A DNA stretch of 64,000 bases from NCBI GenBank assembly GCA_963813335.1, contig CAWEYL010000001.1:1184001-1248000 (forward strand), in the 5' to 3' direction. Position numbers and translations under genes: made by a program. Under the pieces are notes generated by a model, which worked only from the letters and a program-made list of their open reading frames with translations, searched no databases and had not been told where the DNA came from. Positions 22,128 through 30,268 of the stretch are shown here, piece by piece; the stretch's first letter is position 1, and the number at the start of each line of letters is the position of its first letter. Origin of the DNA: an uncultured Chloroflexia bacterium (GTDB lineage: Bacteria > Chloroflexota > Limnocylindria > Limnocylindrales > CSP1-4).

Positions 22128-23294
22128 CTAGACGACCCGCAGCCCGAGGATGCGGCGGGCGATCACGAGGCGCTGGACCTGGCTGGTCCCCTCCCCGATC
22201 TCGGTGAGCTTCGCGTCGCGCATGAACCGCTCGACGGGGTAGTCCGTGACGTAGCCGTAGCCGCCGTGGACCTGGATGGCGTTGTTCGTCGCCCGCGAGC
22301 TGACCTCGGAGGCGAACAGCTTGGCCTCGGCGGCGACCAGGCCGAAGTCGCGGCCCTGGTCCTTGAGCCAGGCGGCCCGCCAGACGAGCGCGCGGGCTGC
22401 GTCGATCTCGGTCGCCATGTCGGCGATCATGAACGCGACCCCCTGGAACGAGCCGATCGGCCGGCCGAACTGCTCGCGCGTCTGCGCATACGGGATCGCG
22501 GCGTCCAGCGCGGCCTGCGCCAGCCCGACCGCCAGCGCCCCGATGCTGATCCGCCCGCCGTCGAGGATGGCGAGGAACGTCTTGAAGCCGCTCCCGCGCT
22601 CGCCGAGCATGTTCGCGGCGGGGACGCGGGCGCCCTCGAAATGCAGCTCGCCGGTCGCCGAGGCGTGGAGGCCGAGCTTGTCCTCGAGCCGGCCGACGGT
22701 GAACCCGGGGGTGTCGGCGGGCACGATGAACGCGCTGATCTCCGGGTTGCGGTCGGGGCGGGTACCGGTCCGGGCGGTGACGATGTAGGTCCCGGCCTGG
22801 CCGGCGTTGGTGATGAAGCGCTTGCCGCCATCGATGACCCACGAGCCGCCGTGGCGGCCGTCGACGTGGCGCGCCGTGGTCCGTGTGCCGCCGGAGTCGC
22901 TGCCGGCGCCGGGCTCCGTGAGCCCGTACGCGCCGATGACCTTGCCCTGGGCCATGGGAACCAGGAACTCGTCGCGCTGGGCCTTCGTGCCGGCCAGGTG
23001 GAGCGGACCGCAGCCAAGGCTCGTGTGGGCCGCCACGATGAGCCCGAGCGAGCCCCAGACCCGGCCGATCTCCTCGATCGCGATGGCATAGGCCAGCGTG
23101 TCGAAGCCGGCGCCGCCCTCGTCCTCGGGGATCGGGATGCCGAGCCAGCCGAGCTCGCCGAGGCGCCGGACGATCTCGACCGGGAAGCGCCGCTCGCGCT
23201 CGTGGGCGTCGATGACCGGCGCGACCTCGGTGAGCATGAAGTCGCGGATGGTGTCGCGCAGCAGCGCGTGTTCCGGAGAGAGGTCGAGGTCCAT
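22128..23294 (-). CDS. Acyl-CoA dehydrogenase
   Basis: YGLTEPGAGSD, GGKRFITNA, KLGLHAS, QVHGGYGY, EIGEGTSQVQR motifs. Confidence 0.96.
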   Translation of the reverse strand: MDLDLSPEHALLRDTIRDFMLTEVAPVIDAHERERRFPVEIVRRLGELGWLGIPIPEDEGGAGFDTLAYAIAIEEIGRVWGSLGLIVAAHTSLGCGPLHLAGTKAQRDEFLVPMAQGKVIGAYGLTEPGAGSDSGGTRTTARHVDGRHGGSWVIDGGKRFITNAGQAGTYIVTARTGTRPDRNPEISAFIVPADTPGFTVGRLEDKLGLHASATGELHFEGARVPAANMLGERGSGFKTFLAILDGGRISIGALAVGLAQAALDAAIPYAQTREQFGRPIGSFQGVAFMIADMATEIDAARALVWRAAWLKDQGRDFGLVAAEAKLFASEVSSRATNNAIQVHGGYGYVTDYPVERFMRDAKLTEIGEGTSQVQRLVIARRILGLRVV

Positions 23295-23353
23295 GCACGG
23301 CCGAGCGTAGCACCGGGACAGCGCCCGACGGGCGCCGGTGCTAGCCTTCCCGG

Positions 23354-24076
23354 ATGCCCGATCCGAACGCGTCGGTGCCTGCCACCAGCGTGCACATGCC
23401 GACCGCCGGCGCCGGCTCCGCCGGCGGCCCGTCCAGCCTCCGTCGCGACCTGCTCCTGCGCCTCCGCCTCGACGGCCCCTCGTCGCCCGACCAGCTCGCG
23501 GCCCGGCTCGGGGCGTCGCGGACCGGGGTCCTGCAGCAGCTCCGGGCGCTCGAGGCGGCGCAGCTCGTCAGCCGCCAGACCGTGCGCCATGGCGTGGGCC
23601 GGCCGCGGCACCTGTACGACGTGACCGCCGACGCACAGGACCTGTTCCCGGCCACCTACGACGCGCTGGCGGCGGGGCTCCTGGCGGCGATCGGCGCCGT
23701 CGGCGGGGACGAGCTGCTCGAGGAGGTCTTCGCCGCGCGGCGACGCCAGCTCGGGGACCGCGTGCGCGACCAGCTTTCCGAGCGGGTCGCGCCCGGTGCG
23801 TCGCTGGCCGTGCGGGTCCGGGAGCTCGCGGACATCCAGGCCGCGCAGGGCTACCTCGCCGAAACAGTGGTGGATGGCGATGGCTCGATCCGCCTGCGCG
23901 AGCACAACTGCGCGATCTATCACGTGGCCAGGTCGACGCCGGCGGCCTGCCAGGCCGAGCTGGACCTGTTCCGCGAGATCCTCGGCGCGGGCGTGACCCG
24001 CGAGACCCACATCGCCTCGGGCGACCGCTGCTGCTCGTATCGCATCGAGGAGAAGGCGCCGGACCTCGCCGACTAA
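23354..24076 (+). CDS. ArsR/SufR-like winged-HTH transcriptional regulator with Cys motif
   Basis: N-terminal HTH, GVGRPRHLY, HNCAI…C…ASGDRCC. Confidence 0.88.
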   Translation: MPDPNASVPATSVHMPTAGAGSAGGPSSLRRDLLLRLRLDGPSSPDQLAARLGASRTGVLQQLRALEAAQLVSRQTVRHGVGRPRHLYDVTADAQDLFPATYDALAAGLLAAIGAVGGDELLEEVFAARRRQLGDRVRDQLSERVAPGASLAVRVRELADIQAAQGYLAETVVDGDGSIRLREHNCAIYHVARSTPAACQAELDLFREILGAGVTRETHIASGDRCCSYRIEEKAPDLAD

Positions 24077-24097
24077 GCCCCCCTCGCCCTCTGTGAT

Positions 24098-24358
24098 GGC
24101 GCGGCGGTAGCCAGTCGGCCCGTGCTGGTCCGGCCGCGATGCGGCTCATTCATCGATACCGGGCACGACACCCGATAGGACTGCCATTCGACGCCTGAAC
24201 GGCGCCGTTTGCCGGTTCACTCGTGCGTGGCCGAGCGTGGCCTTGGGCTCCAGGTGGTCCGCCCGGGTTGGCCTATCCCGGGGTTTGAGCACGGGATATG
24301 CATGAGCGGCATATCGCCGGCCGCAACGAGAGGCGAAGGCCACGTTCACCGCTACGCC
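24098..24358. ncRNA. Candidate structured ncRNA between convergent genes (family not recognised)
   Basis: Long-range complementary segments 24098-24108/24348-24358, 24131-24149/24302-24323, 24119-24126/24288-24295; no credible ORF. Confidence 0.35.
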
Positions 24359-24389
24359 TCCGCGAGGGCGGCGCATCCGCGAGGACCGA

Positions 24390-25442
24390 CTACGCCTCTT
24401 CGCGTTCCACGACGGCGCGGCGCGCCGGCTCGAGCACGGGCGGCGGCACGTCGGTCACGTTGGGCACGAACGACGCGGCCAGCGACGTCTCCGCCGCCTG
24501 CACCTGGTCCGCGACCGACAGGATCCCCAACCGCCCGAGTTGCGCCATCTCGTCGCGGATGTAGGTCTTGAGCATCTCGGGGCCGTCGGTGTTGATCGTG
24601 AAGCGGACCTCGTTGCGCCGCAGCGTGTCGAAGATCCAGCGGAACTCCTCCCAGCCGCTGACGACCTTGGTGTTGAGGTTCGAGGTCGGGCAGATCTCGA
24701 GCACGATGCCGCGCTCGCGGATCATCGCCATCGCGCGCGGGTCGTAGGCCGACTTCACGCCGTGGCCGATGCGGTCCGGCTCGAGCAGCTCGACGACCCG
24801 GGCGATCTCCTCGATCGGACCGGATTCGCCGGTATGCACCGTCAGCCCGAGGCCGAACTGGCGGGCCCGGCGGAAGATCCGCCGGTAGTCGGCGACGCGG
24901 AAGGTCGTCGCCTCGGGGCCGGCGATATCGATGCCGACCACGCCGCGATCCCGCCACGCGATCGCCTTCTCCGCGATGATCTCGTTGAGCTCGTATGGGA
25001 ACGCGCGGTCGAGGCAGAAGATCAGCCCGGGCTTGACCGGGTATTCGAGGGTCGCCTTGTCCATGCCGCGGACCGCGGCCGCGATGATGTGGTCGAGGTC
25101 CTGCTCGCCGCCGCGGTTCCGCTTCATCGGGTTGAAGCGGAGCTCCATCGTCGTGACATTGTTCTTGCGGTACGCCCCGCCGACGACCTCGTAGACGGCC
25201 CGTTCGACGGCGAGCGGGGAGCTCTGGATCAGCTCGGTCCAGTGGAAGAGCTGCAGGTAGCCATCGAAGCTCTGGGTGCGCTTCGAGACCGTGATCATGT
25301 CCCGGAACTCCCAGTAGTCCTTGGTCGGCAGCTTGATGCCCTGGGAGTGGGCGATGCCCCACATGATCGCCGGGGTCACGGCGCCGCCGAGATGGCAGTG
25401 CAGCTCCGCGAGAGCGATCTTGCGGGAGAGCGGTCGGGCCAT
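24390..25442 (-). CDS. add: Adenosine deaminase family protein
   Basis: ELHCHLGG, DIAGPE, TVHTGE, RIGHG, ICPTSN, INTDGP motifs. Confidence 0.9.
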   Translation of the reverse strand: MARPLSRKIALAELHCHLGGAVTPAIMWGIAHSQGIKLPTKDYWEFRDMITVSKRTQSFDGYLQLFHWTELIQSSPLAVERAVYEVVGGAYRKNNVTTMELRFNPMKRNRGGEQDLDHIIAAAVRGMDKATLEYPVKPGLIFCLDRAFPYELNEIIAEKAIAWRDRGVVGIDIAGPEATTFRVADYRRIFRRARQFGLGLTVHTGESGPIEEIARVVELLEPDRIGHGVKSAYDPRAMAMIRERGIVLEICPTSNLNTKVVSGWEEFRWIFDTLRRNEVRFTINTDGPEMLKTYIRDEMAQLGRLGILSVADQVQAAETSLAASFVPNVTDVPPPVLEPARRAVVEREEA

Positions 25443-25457
25443 ACCGGGAGGATACCG

Positions 25458-26651
25458 TCAGCCCGACGCGGGCGCCGAGTGGGTCGAAGGTCCGGGCCGC
25501 AGCTCGACGTGCCAGGTCTCGTCGTGGCGCCCGTCTGCGTCGTTCCAGGCGACGGTCATCGCGTAGACGCCGGGCTGCCACGCGCCGCGGTCCGGCGCCT
25601 CGAACCCGACCCACGGCGTGCCGCCGTGGTTGAAGGACACGCCGCCGGACTGGCGTGCCCCGGCGAGCCGGTCGTCGGGAGCGAGCCGGTCGATCGACGC
25701 GCTCAGGATCTGCGCATGCGAGGTGAGCATCACGCCGAGCCCGGTCGCCCGTGGCAGGTAGGCGCGCGGGACATAGCCAGGCCCGCCGGCCAGGCCCTCC
25801 ACGCTGGCCCCCCAGGCCCTCGCCTCATCGAAGCCGTCGATCGGGAGCGCGCGCAGCCCGACGCCCCGCCCGTCGACGGTGGCGAACGGGCCGGCCAGCA
25901 CCGCGGACGGGTCGCTCGAGGTCAGCGGGACGAGGCCGGTCTCCGTCGGGTACGGCGAGTCGTTCGATGGCGGCGTGTGCTCGGTCGGTCCGGGGATGGC
26001 GACCTCGACGCGCCGGATCGTGCCGTCGACCAGGGCGTCGACGCGATAGGTCCCGGCCGGGAATGCGCTCGATCGGCCCGGGATCGCGAGGACCAGCGGC
26101 CCGCCGGCGACCGTGCCGTCGATCGGATCGGCGTCGACCCAATCGAGGACGCCGTTCGGCCGCACCCGCCAGATCCGGACGTCCTCGGCGACGGCGCCTC
26201 GCTCCGTGGTGACGCCCAGGCCGGCGATCGACTCGCCATGCGTGTCGAGGATCGTCGAGCCGCCCGGCGTGGGCACGCGCGTGCCCTCCGAGTAGACCGG
26301 GTGGGCCGAGCCGGTCGAAGCGGACCGGTCGACGGTGACGAGGTCGATGGCGAAGGACGGGTTCGCGACGGCCGCGCGGCCGACATCCGCCCAGGACAGA
26401 CGAAGCGGCGGCGAGGTCGTCGCCTCGGGCACGGAAGGGGCGGCGGACGCGGACTCGACCGCCGTCGCCGCGACGGAGGTGCCGGCCGAGGCACTGGCCG
26501 CGACCACGGCCTTCGGCCCGTCGGGGTCGCGTTCCCATGGCTTCAGGATGGCCAGGGCCAGGCCGAGGAGGATGACGCCGCCGACGATGACGACCGGGTC
26601 CGTCCGGCGGCGCGGCCGCCCGAGCGGGACCGGATCGAACTCGACGCTCAC
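25458..26651 (-). CDS. Membrane-anchored hypothetical protein with two similar beta-rich domains
   Basis: N-terminal TM followed by KPW, Ala/Ser/Pro linker, repeated GLGV…PG(T/V)Y motifs. Confidence 0.75.
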   Translation of the reverse strand: MSVEFDPVPLGRPRRRTDPVVIVGGVILLGLALAILKPWERDPDGPKAVVAASASAGTSVAATAVESASAAPSVPEATTSPPLRLSWADVGRAAVANPSFAIDLVTVDRSASTGSAHPVYSEGTRVPTPGGSTILDTHGESIAGLGVTTERGAVAEDVRIWRVRPNGVLDWVDADPIDGTVAGGPLVLAIPGRSSAFPAGTYRVDALVDGTIRRVEVAIPGPTEHTPPSNDSPYPTETGLVPLTSSDPSAVLAGPFATVDGRGVGLRALPIDGFDEARAWGASVEGLAGGPGYVPRAYLPRATGLGVMLTSHAQILSASIDRLAPDDRLAGARQSGGVSFNHGGTPWVGFEAPDRGAWQPGVYAMTVAWNDADGRHDETWHVELRPGPSTHSAPASG

Positions 26652-26663
26652 GCGTGCCGCCGT

Positions 26664-27728
26664 CTACCCCGCGAGCGGGACGATCCGGCCCTCGGCGTCG
26701 ATGGTGGCCTGGCGGCGCAGGCGCTTCAGCTCGGCGCCGGGCACCTGGTCGCGCGCGTGGTAGCTCGAGCGCACGAGCGGCGCCGACTCGACATGCTTGA
26801 ACCCGAGCGCCAGCGCCTCGACCTTCATCTCGGCGAATTCGTCGGGGTGGTAGTAGCGCTCGAGCGGCAGGTGCTGGAGCGACGGCCGCAGGTACTGGCC
26901 GATGGTCAGGATGTCGACGTCGTTCGCGCGTAGCGCCTCGAACGCCTCGGTCAGCTCGGGTCGCGTCTCGCCGAGGCCGACCATCAGGCTCGACTTGGTG
27001 TGGACCGTGTGGCCGATCTCGCCCGCCATCTCCTTGGCCCGCCGCAGGACGTACAGCGAGCGGTCCCAGCGGGCGCGCTTGCGGACCGGCTTCTGGAGCC
27101 GCTTCACGGTCTCGAGGTTGTGGTTGAGGATGTCGGGCCGGGCGTCCATCACGGTCTGCAGGCGGTCGTCCGCGCCGTCGAAGTCGGGGATCAGGACCTC
27201 GATGCCCATCCCGGGCGACTGCTCGCGCATCGCGAGGATGGTCTCGGCGAAGATCCGCGAGCCACCGTCAGGGAGGTCGTCGCGGGCGACGCTGGTGACG
27301 ACGACATGCTCGAGGCGCATCGCCCCGACCGCCTCGGCCACCCGTCGCGGCTCGTCGTCGTCGAACCAGGTGGGACGACCGGTCTTGACGGCGCAGAACC
27401 CGCAGGCCCTGGTGCAGGTGTCGCCCAGGATCATGATCGTGGCGGTGCGCTGATCCCAGCACTCCCCGATGTTGGGGCAGTGAGCCTCCTCGCAGACCGT
27501 GTTGAGCGCGAGGCCGCGCAGCAGGCCCTTGAGGTCGTGGTAGTTCTCGCCGGACGGCATCCGGGCGCGGATCCAGTCGGGATGGCGACGCGGGGCGACC
27601 GATCCGTCCGCCGCGGTGGCGGCCGCCAGCCCTCCGCCCAGGGCGATGGGGAGGTCCGGCCGGCCGTGCGCGCCGCCGTGGCCGGCGCCGTCGCCGGGCG
27701 GGGTGAAGATCGGGAGGTCACGACCCAT
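26664..27728 (-). CDS. lipA: Lipoyl synthase
   Basis: [12 protein letters not shown] and CTRACGFC Fe-S motifs, VRSSYHA. Confidence 0.97.
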   Translation of the reverse strand: MGRDLPIFTPPGDGAGHGGAHGRPDLPIALGGGLAAATAADGSVAPRRHPDWIRARMPSGENYHDLKGLLRGLALNTVCEEAHCPNIGECWDQRTATIMILGDTCTRACGFCAVKTGRPTWFDDDEPRRVAEAVGAMRLEHVVVTSVARDDLPDGGSRIFAETILAMREQSPGMGIEVLIPDFDGADDRLQTVMDARPDILNHNLETVKRLQKPVRKRARWDRSLYVLRRAKEMAGEIGHTVHTKSSLMVGLGETRPELTEAFEALRANDVDILTIGQYLRPSLQHLPLERYYHPDEFAEMKVEALALGFKHVESAPLVRSSYHARDQVPGAELKRLRRQATIDAEGRIVPLAG

Positions 27729-27747
27729 GGCCGGAGTGTACGACCGA

Positions 27748-28734
27748 TCAGCCCGAGCGGCCGGCGGTCTCGGCCAGCGCCGCGGGGAGGCCGACGGCGA
27801 GCGATCGCGGGTCGAAGCCCAGCTCGGCGGCGGCGCGGGCCGCCGATGCCCAGTACGTCACGCCGACGGACGCGCTGACGATCTCGCGCAGGTTCGGCGA
27901 CAGTCCGAACCACGCCCCGCGGTCCGGGAAGAGGAAGGCGCCGATCCGCAGCGGAAGGTCCGGGATCTCCAGGCGCGGCAGGCGGTGCCCGCCGGCCTTG
28001 GCCGCGATCCGCAGCGCGTCGCGGATGCGCACGGTGTCCCCACCCAGGACGTAGCTGCGACCCGTGACGCCCCGGTCGAGCGCGGCGAGGATCCCGCGAG
28101 CGAGGTCCGCGACGTGGACGAACCCGATCCCCACCCCGCCCAGCCCGACGAACGGGAGCGTCCCGGCATACGCCTGCGCGAGCTGGTCGCCGACGGGCGT
28201 GTGGTCGCCGGGCCCGTAGACCTGCGACGGCATGACGATGAGGGCCGGCGCGCCGTCCGCGATGCGGCGCTCCACCTCGACGTGCGCGCGCCACTTGGTC
28301 TCGTCGTACCAGCTCAGGAAGCCGTCGGCCGGGTCGCGCCGGTACGTCTCGTCCACGACCGATCCGCGGGTGTTGCCGAAGACGTTGACCGTCGAGACAT
28401 AGACGATCCGAGGGATCCGGCTCGCCAGAGCCGCGTCGAGCGTCCGGACCGCGGTCCCCACGTTCGCATCCTCCATCGCGGGGCGCTCGGACGCCGCGAT
28501 CCCGACCCGGTACGAGCCGGCGCCATGGATCAGCGCGTCCGCGCCGGCCAGGGCGGCCGCGATCGCGGCAGGATCCGTCAGGTCGTTCGCGACGAGCGTC
28601 AGGCCGGGCGCTGCCGCCAGCCTCGGGCTCGCCGGGTCCCGCACGAGCGCGAGCACCTCGTCCCCGCGGGCGAGGAGCCGGCGGACGACCGCGCCACCGA
28701 CGAACCCCCCGCCGCCCGTGACCGCGACGCGCAT
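27748..28734 (-). CDS. NAD-dependent epimerase/dehydratase (extended SDR)
   Basis: VTGGGGFVG Rossmann motif, YDETK (YxxxK), VYGPGD. Confidence 0.9.
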   Translation of the reverse strand: MRVAVTGGGGFVGGAVVRRLLARGDEVLALVRDPASPRLAAAPGLTLVANDLTDPAAIAAALAGADALIHGAGSYRVGIAASERPAMEDANVGTAVRTLDAALASRIPRIVYVSTVNVFGNTRGSVVDETYRRDPADGFLSWYDETKWRAHVEVERRIADGAPALIVMPSQVYGPGDHTPVGDQLAQAYAGTLPFVGLGGVGIGFVHVADLARGILAALDRGVTGRSYVLGGDTVRIRDALRIAAKAGGHRLPRLEIPDLPLRIGAFLFPDRGAWFGLSPNLREIVSASVGVTYWASAARAAAELGFDPRSLAVGLPAALAETAGRSG

Positions 28735-30108
28735 CAGTAGACGGGCGTGTCGGTCCCGACCGCTTCGAGCGCCGCCTTGATCACCCGCAGGAACGCCGCG
28801 GCCTGGGCGCCGTCGTTGGCCCGATGGTCGATGGCGAGGACCATGTTCATGACGGGCCGGATCGCGATGACGTCGCCATCGGGCGTCTCGCGGACGACGG
28901 GGCGCTTGGTGATGGCCTCCATCGTCAGGATGGCGACCTCGGGCACATTGATGATCGGCATCGTCAGGTTCGAGCCGAACCAGCCGGTGTTGTCGATGGT
29001 GAACGTGCTGCCGCCGTAGTCGTCGAGGCGGAGCTTGCCGGCGCGGGCGCGGGCCGCGACATCGGCGATGGCGTGGTTGAGGCCGTTGATGGAGAGCTGG
29101 TCGACGTCCCGCACCACCGGCACGAGCAGCCCGTCGTCCACCGCGACGGCCACGCCCATGTTGATGCGCCGCTTGGCCAGGATGCCCAGCGTCGGTCCAG
29201 TGGGCGTTGAACGTCGGGTACTGCTTGAGGGCGTCGACCGTGGCCTTGATCACGAACGGGACGAAGCTCAGCGAGAGGCCCTCGCGGGACTGGTAGTCGC
29301 GCTTCGCCGCCTCGCGCGCCCGCACGAGCCCGCTGGCATCGACCTCCATGTGGACGTAGGCGTGCGGGACCAGGAGCGCGCGCGTCATCTGGGCGGCGAT
29401 GCCCTTGCGCATCTGGGTCATCGGCAGGAGGAGCTCGTCCGTGCCGGGCGGGAAGGCGATCGCGCCACCGGCCGGTGCGGTCGCCTTCGGCGCGGCGACG
29501 GGGGCCGCAGCAGCGGCGGGCCGGCCGTTCGTGGCGGGCGTCGGCGCCGCGCCGCCGGTCCGGATGGTCTCGACCACGGCCAGGACATCGTCGCGGGTGA
29601 TCCGGCCGCCGCCGCCCGTGCCGGGGACCTGCTCAGGGCTGAGCCCGTGCTCGCGGAGGAGCCGCCGGACCGCTGGGGTCATGCGGGCGTCGGCGTCGCC
29701 GGTCGCGGCGAGCGTCGCCGCCGCGGCGAGGGGCGCCGGGGCCGGGACGACAGGCGCGGGGGCGGGCGCGGCGGTCGCCGCGACCGGCCGCTCGTCGGAT
29801 CCGGCGGGGCCGTGGGCCGGCTCCGGCGCGGTGGCTGCCGGCGCTGCGGTGGCTGCCGGCGCACCCGCCTCGTCGCCGGTGTCGATGATCGCGATCTCGG
29901 CCTCGTTGGGGACGGTCTCGCCCTCCTGGACCAGGATCTCCTTGAGGATGCCCTCGAACGGCGACGGGACCTCGGCGTTCACCTTGTCGGTGATGACCTC
30001 GAGCAGCGGCTCGTACTTGTCGACGTGGTCGCCGGGCTGCTTGAGCCATTTGCCGATCGTGCCCTCGGCGACGCTCTCGCCGAGCTGGGGCATCGTTACC
30101 TTGGCCAC
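28734..30108 (-). CDS. bkdB: 2-oxoacid dehydrogenase E2, dihydrolipoamide acyltransferase (branched-chain type); one frameshift near 29186
   Basis: Lipoyl domain MPQLGES…TDKV, E3-binding TPAVRRL…GTGGGGRIT, catalytic DHRANDG; extra base in a C run. Confidence 0.9.
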
Positions 30109-30268
30109 GTTCGCTGGTCCTCCGAGTCGCGCGATCCGATCGAGGCCTCACGCCCCGGTCGTCCGCGTAGTGTCGCCCATCCGGGCATCCGCGGTCGAGC
30201 CGCCGCGGGGTGACGGCCCGTCCGGCCAGCGGGCATGATGCGCCGATGCACGTGGCGCGGGTCCCGGC

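Noticed and set aside
27748-30108. Apparent E2 lipoyl-domain / NAD-epimerase fusion (786 aa)
   Set aside because: An extra base in a C run near 29186 shifts E2 into the epimerase frame. The E2 catalytic C-terminus is intact in the other frame.
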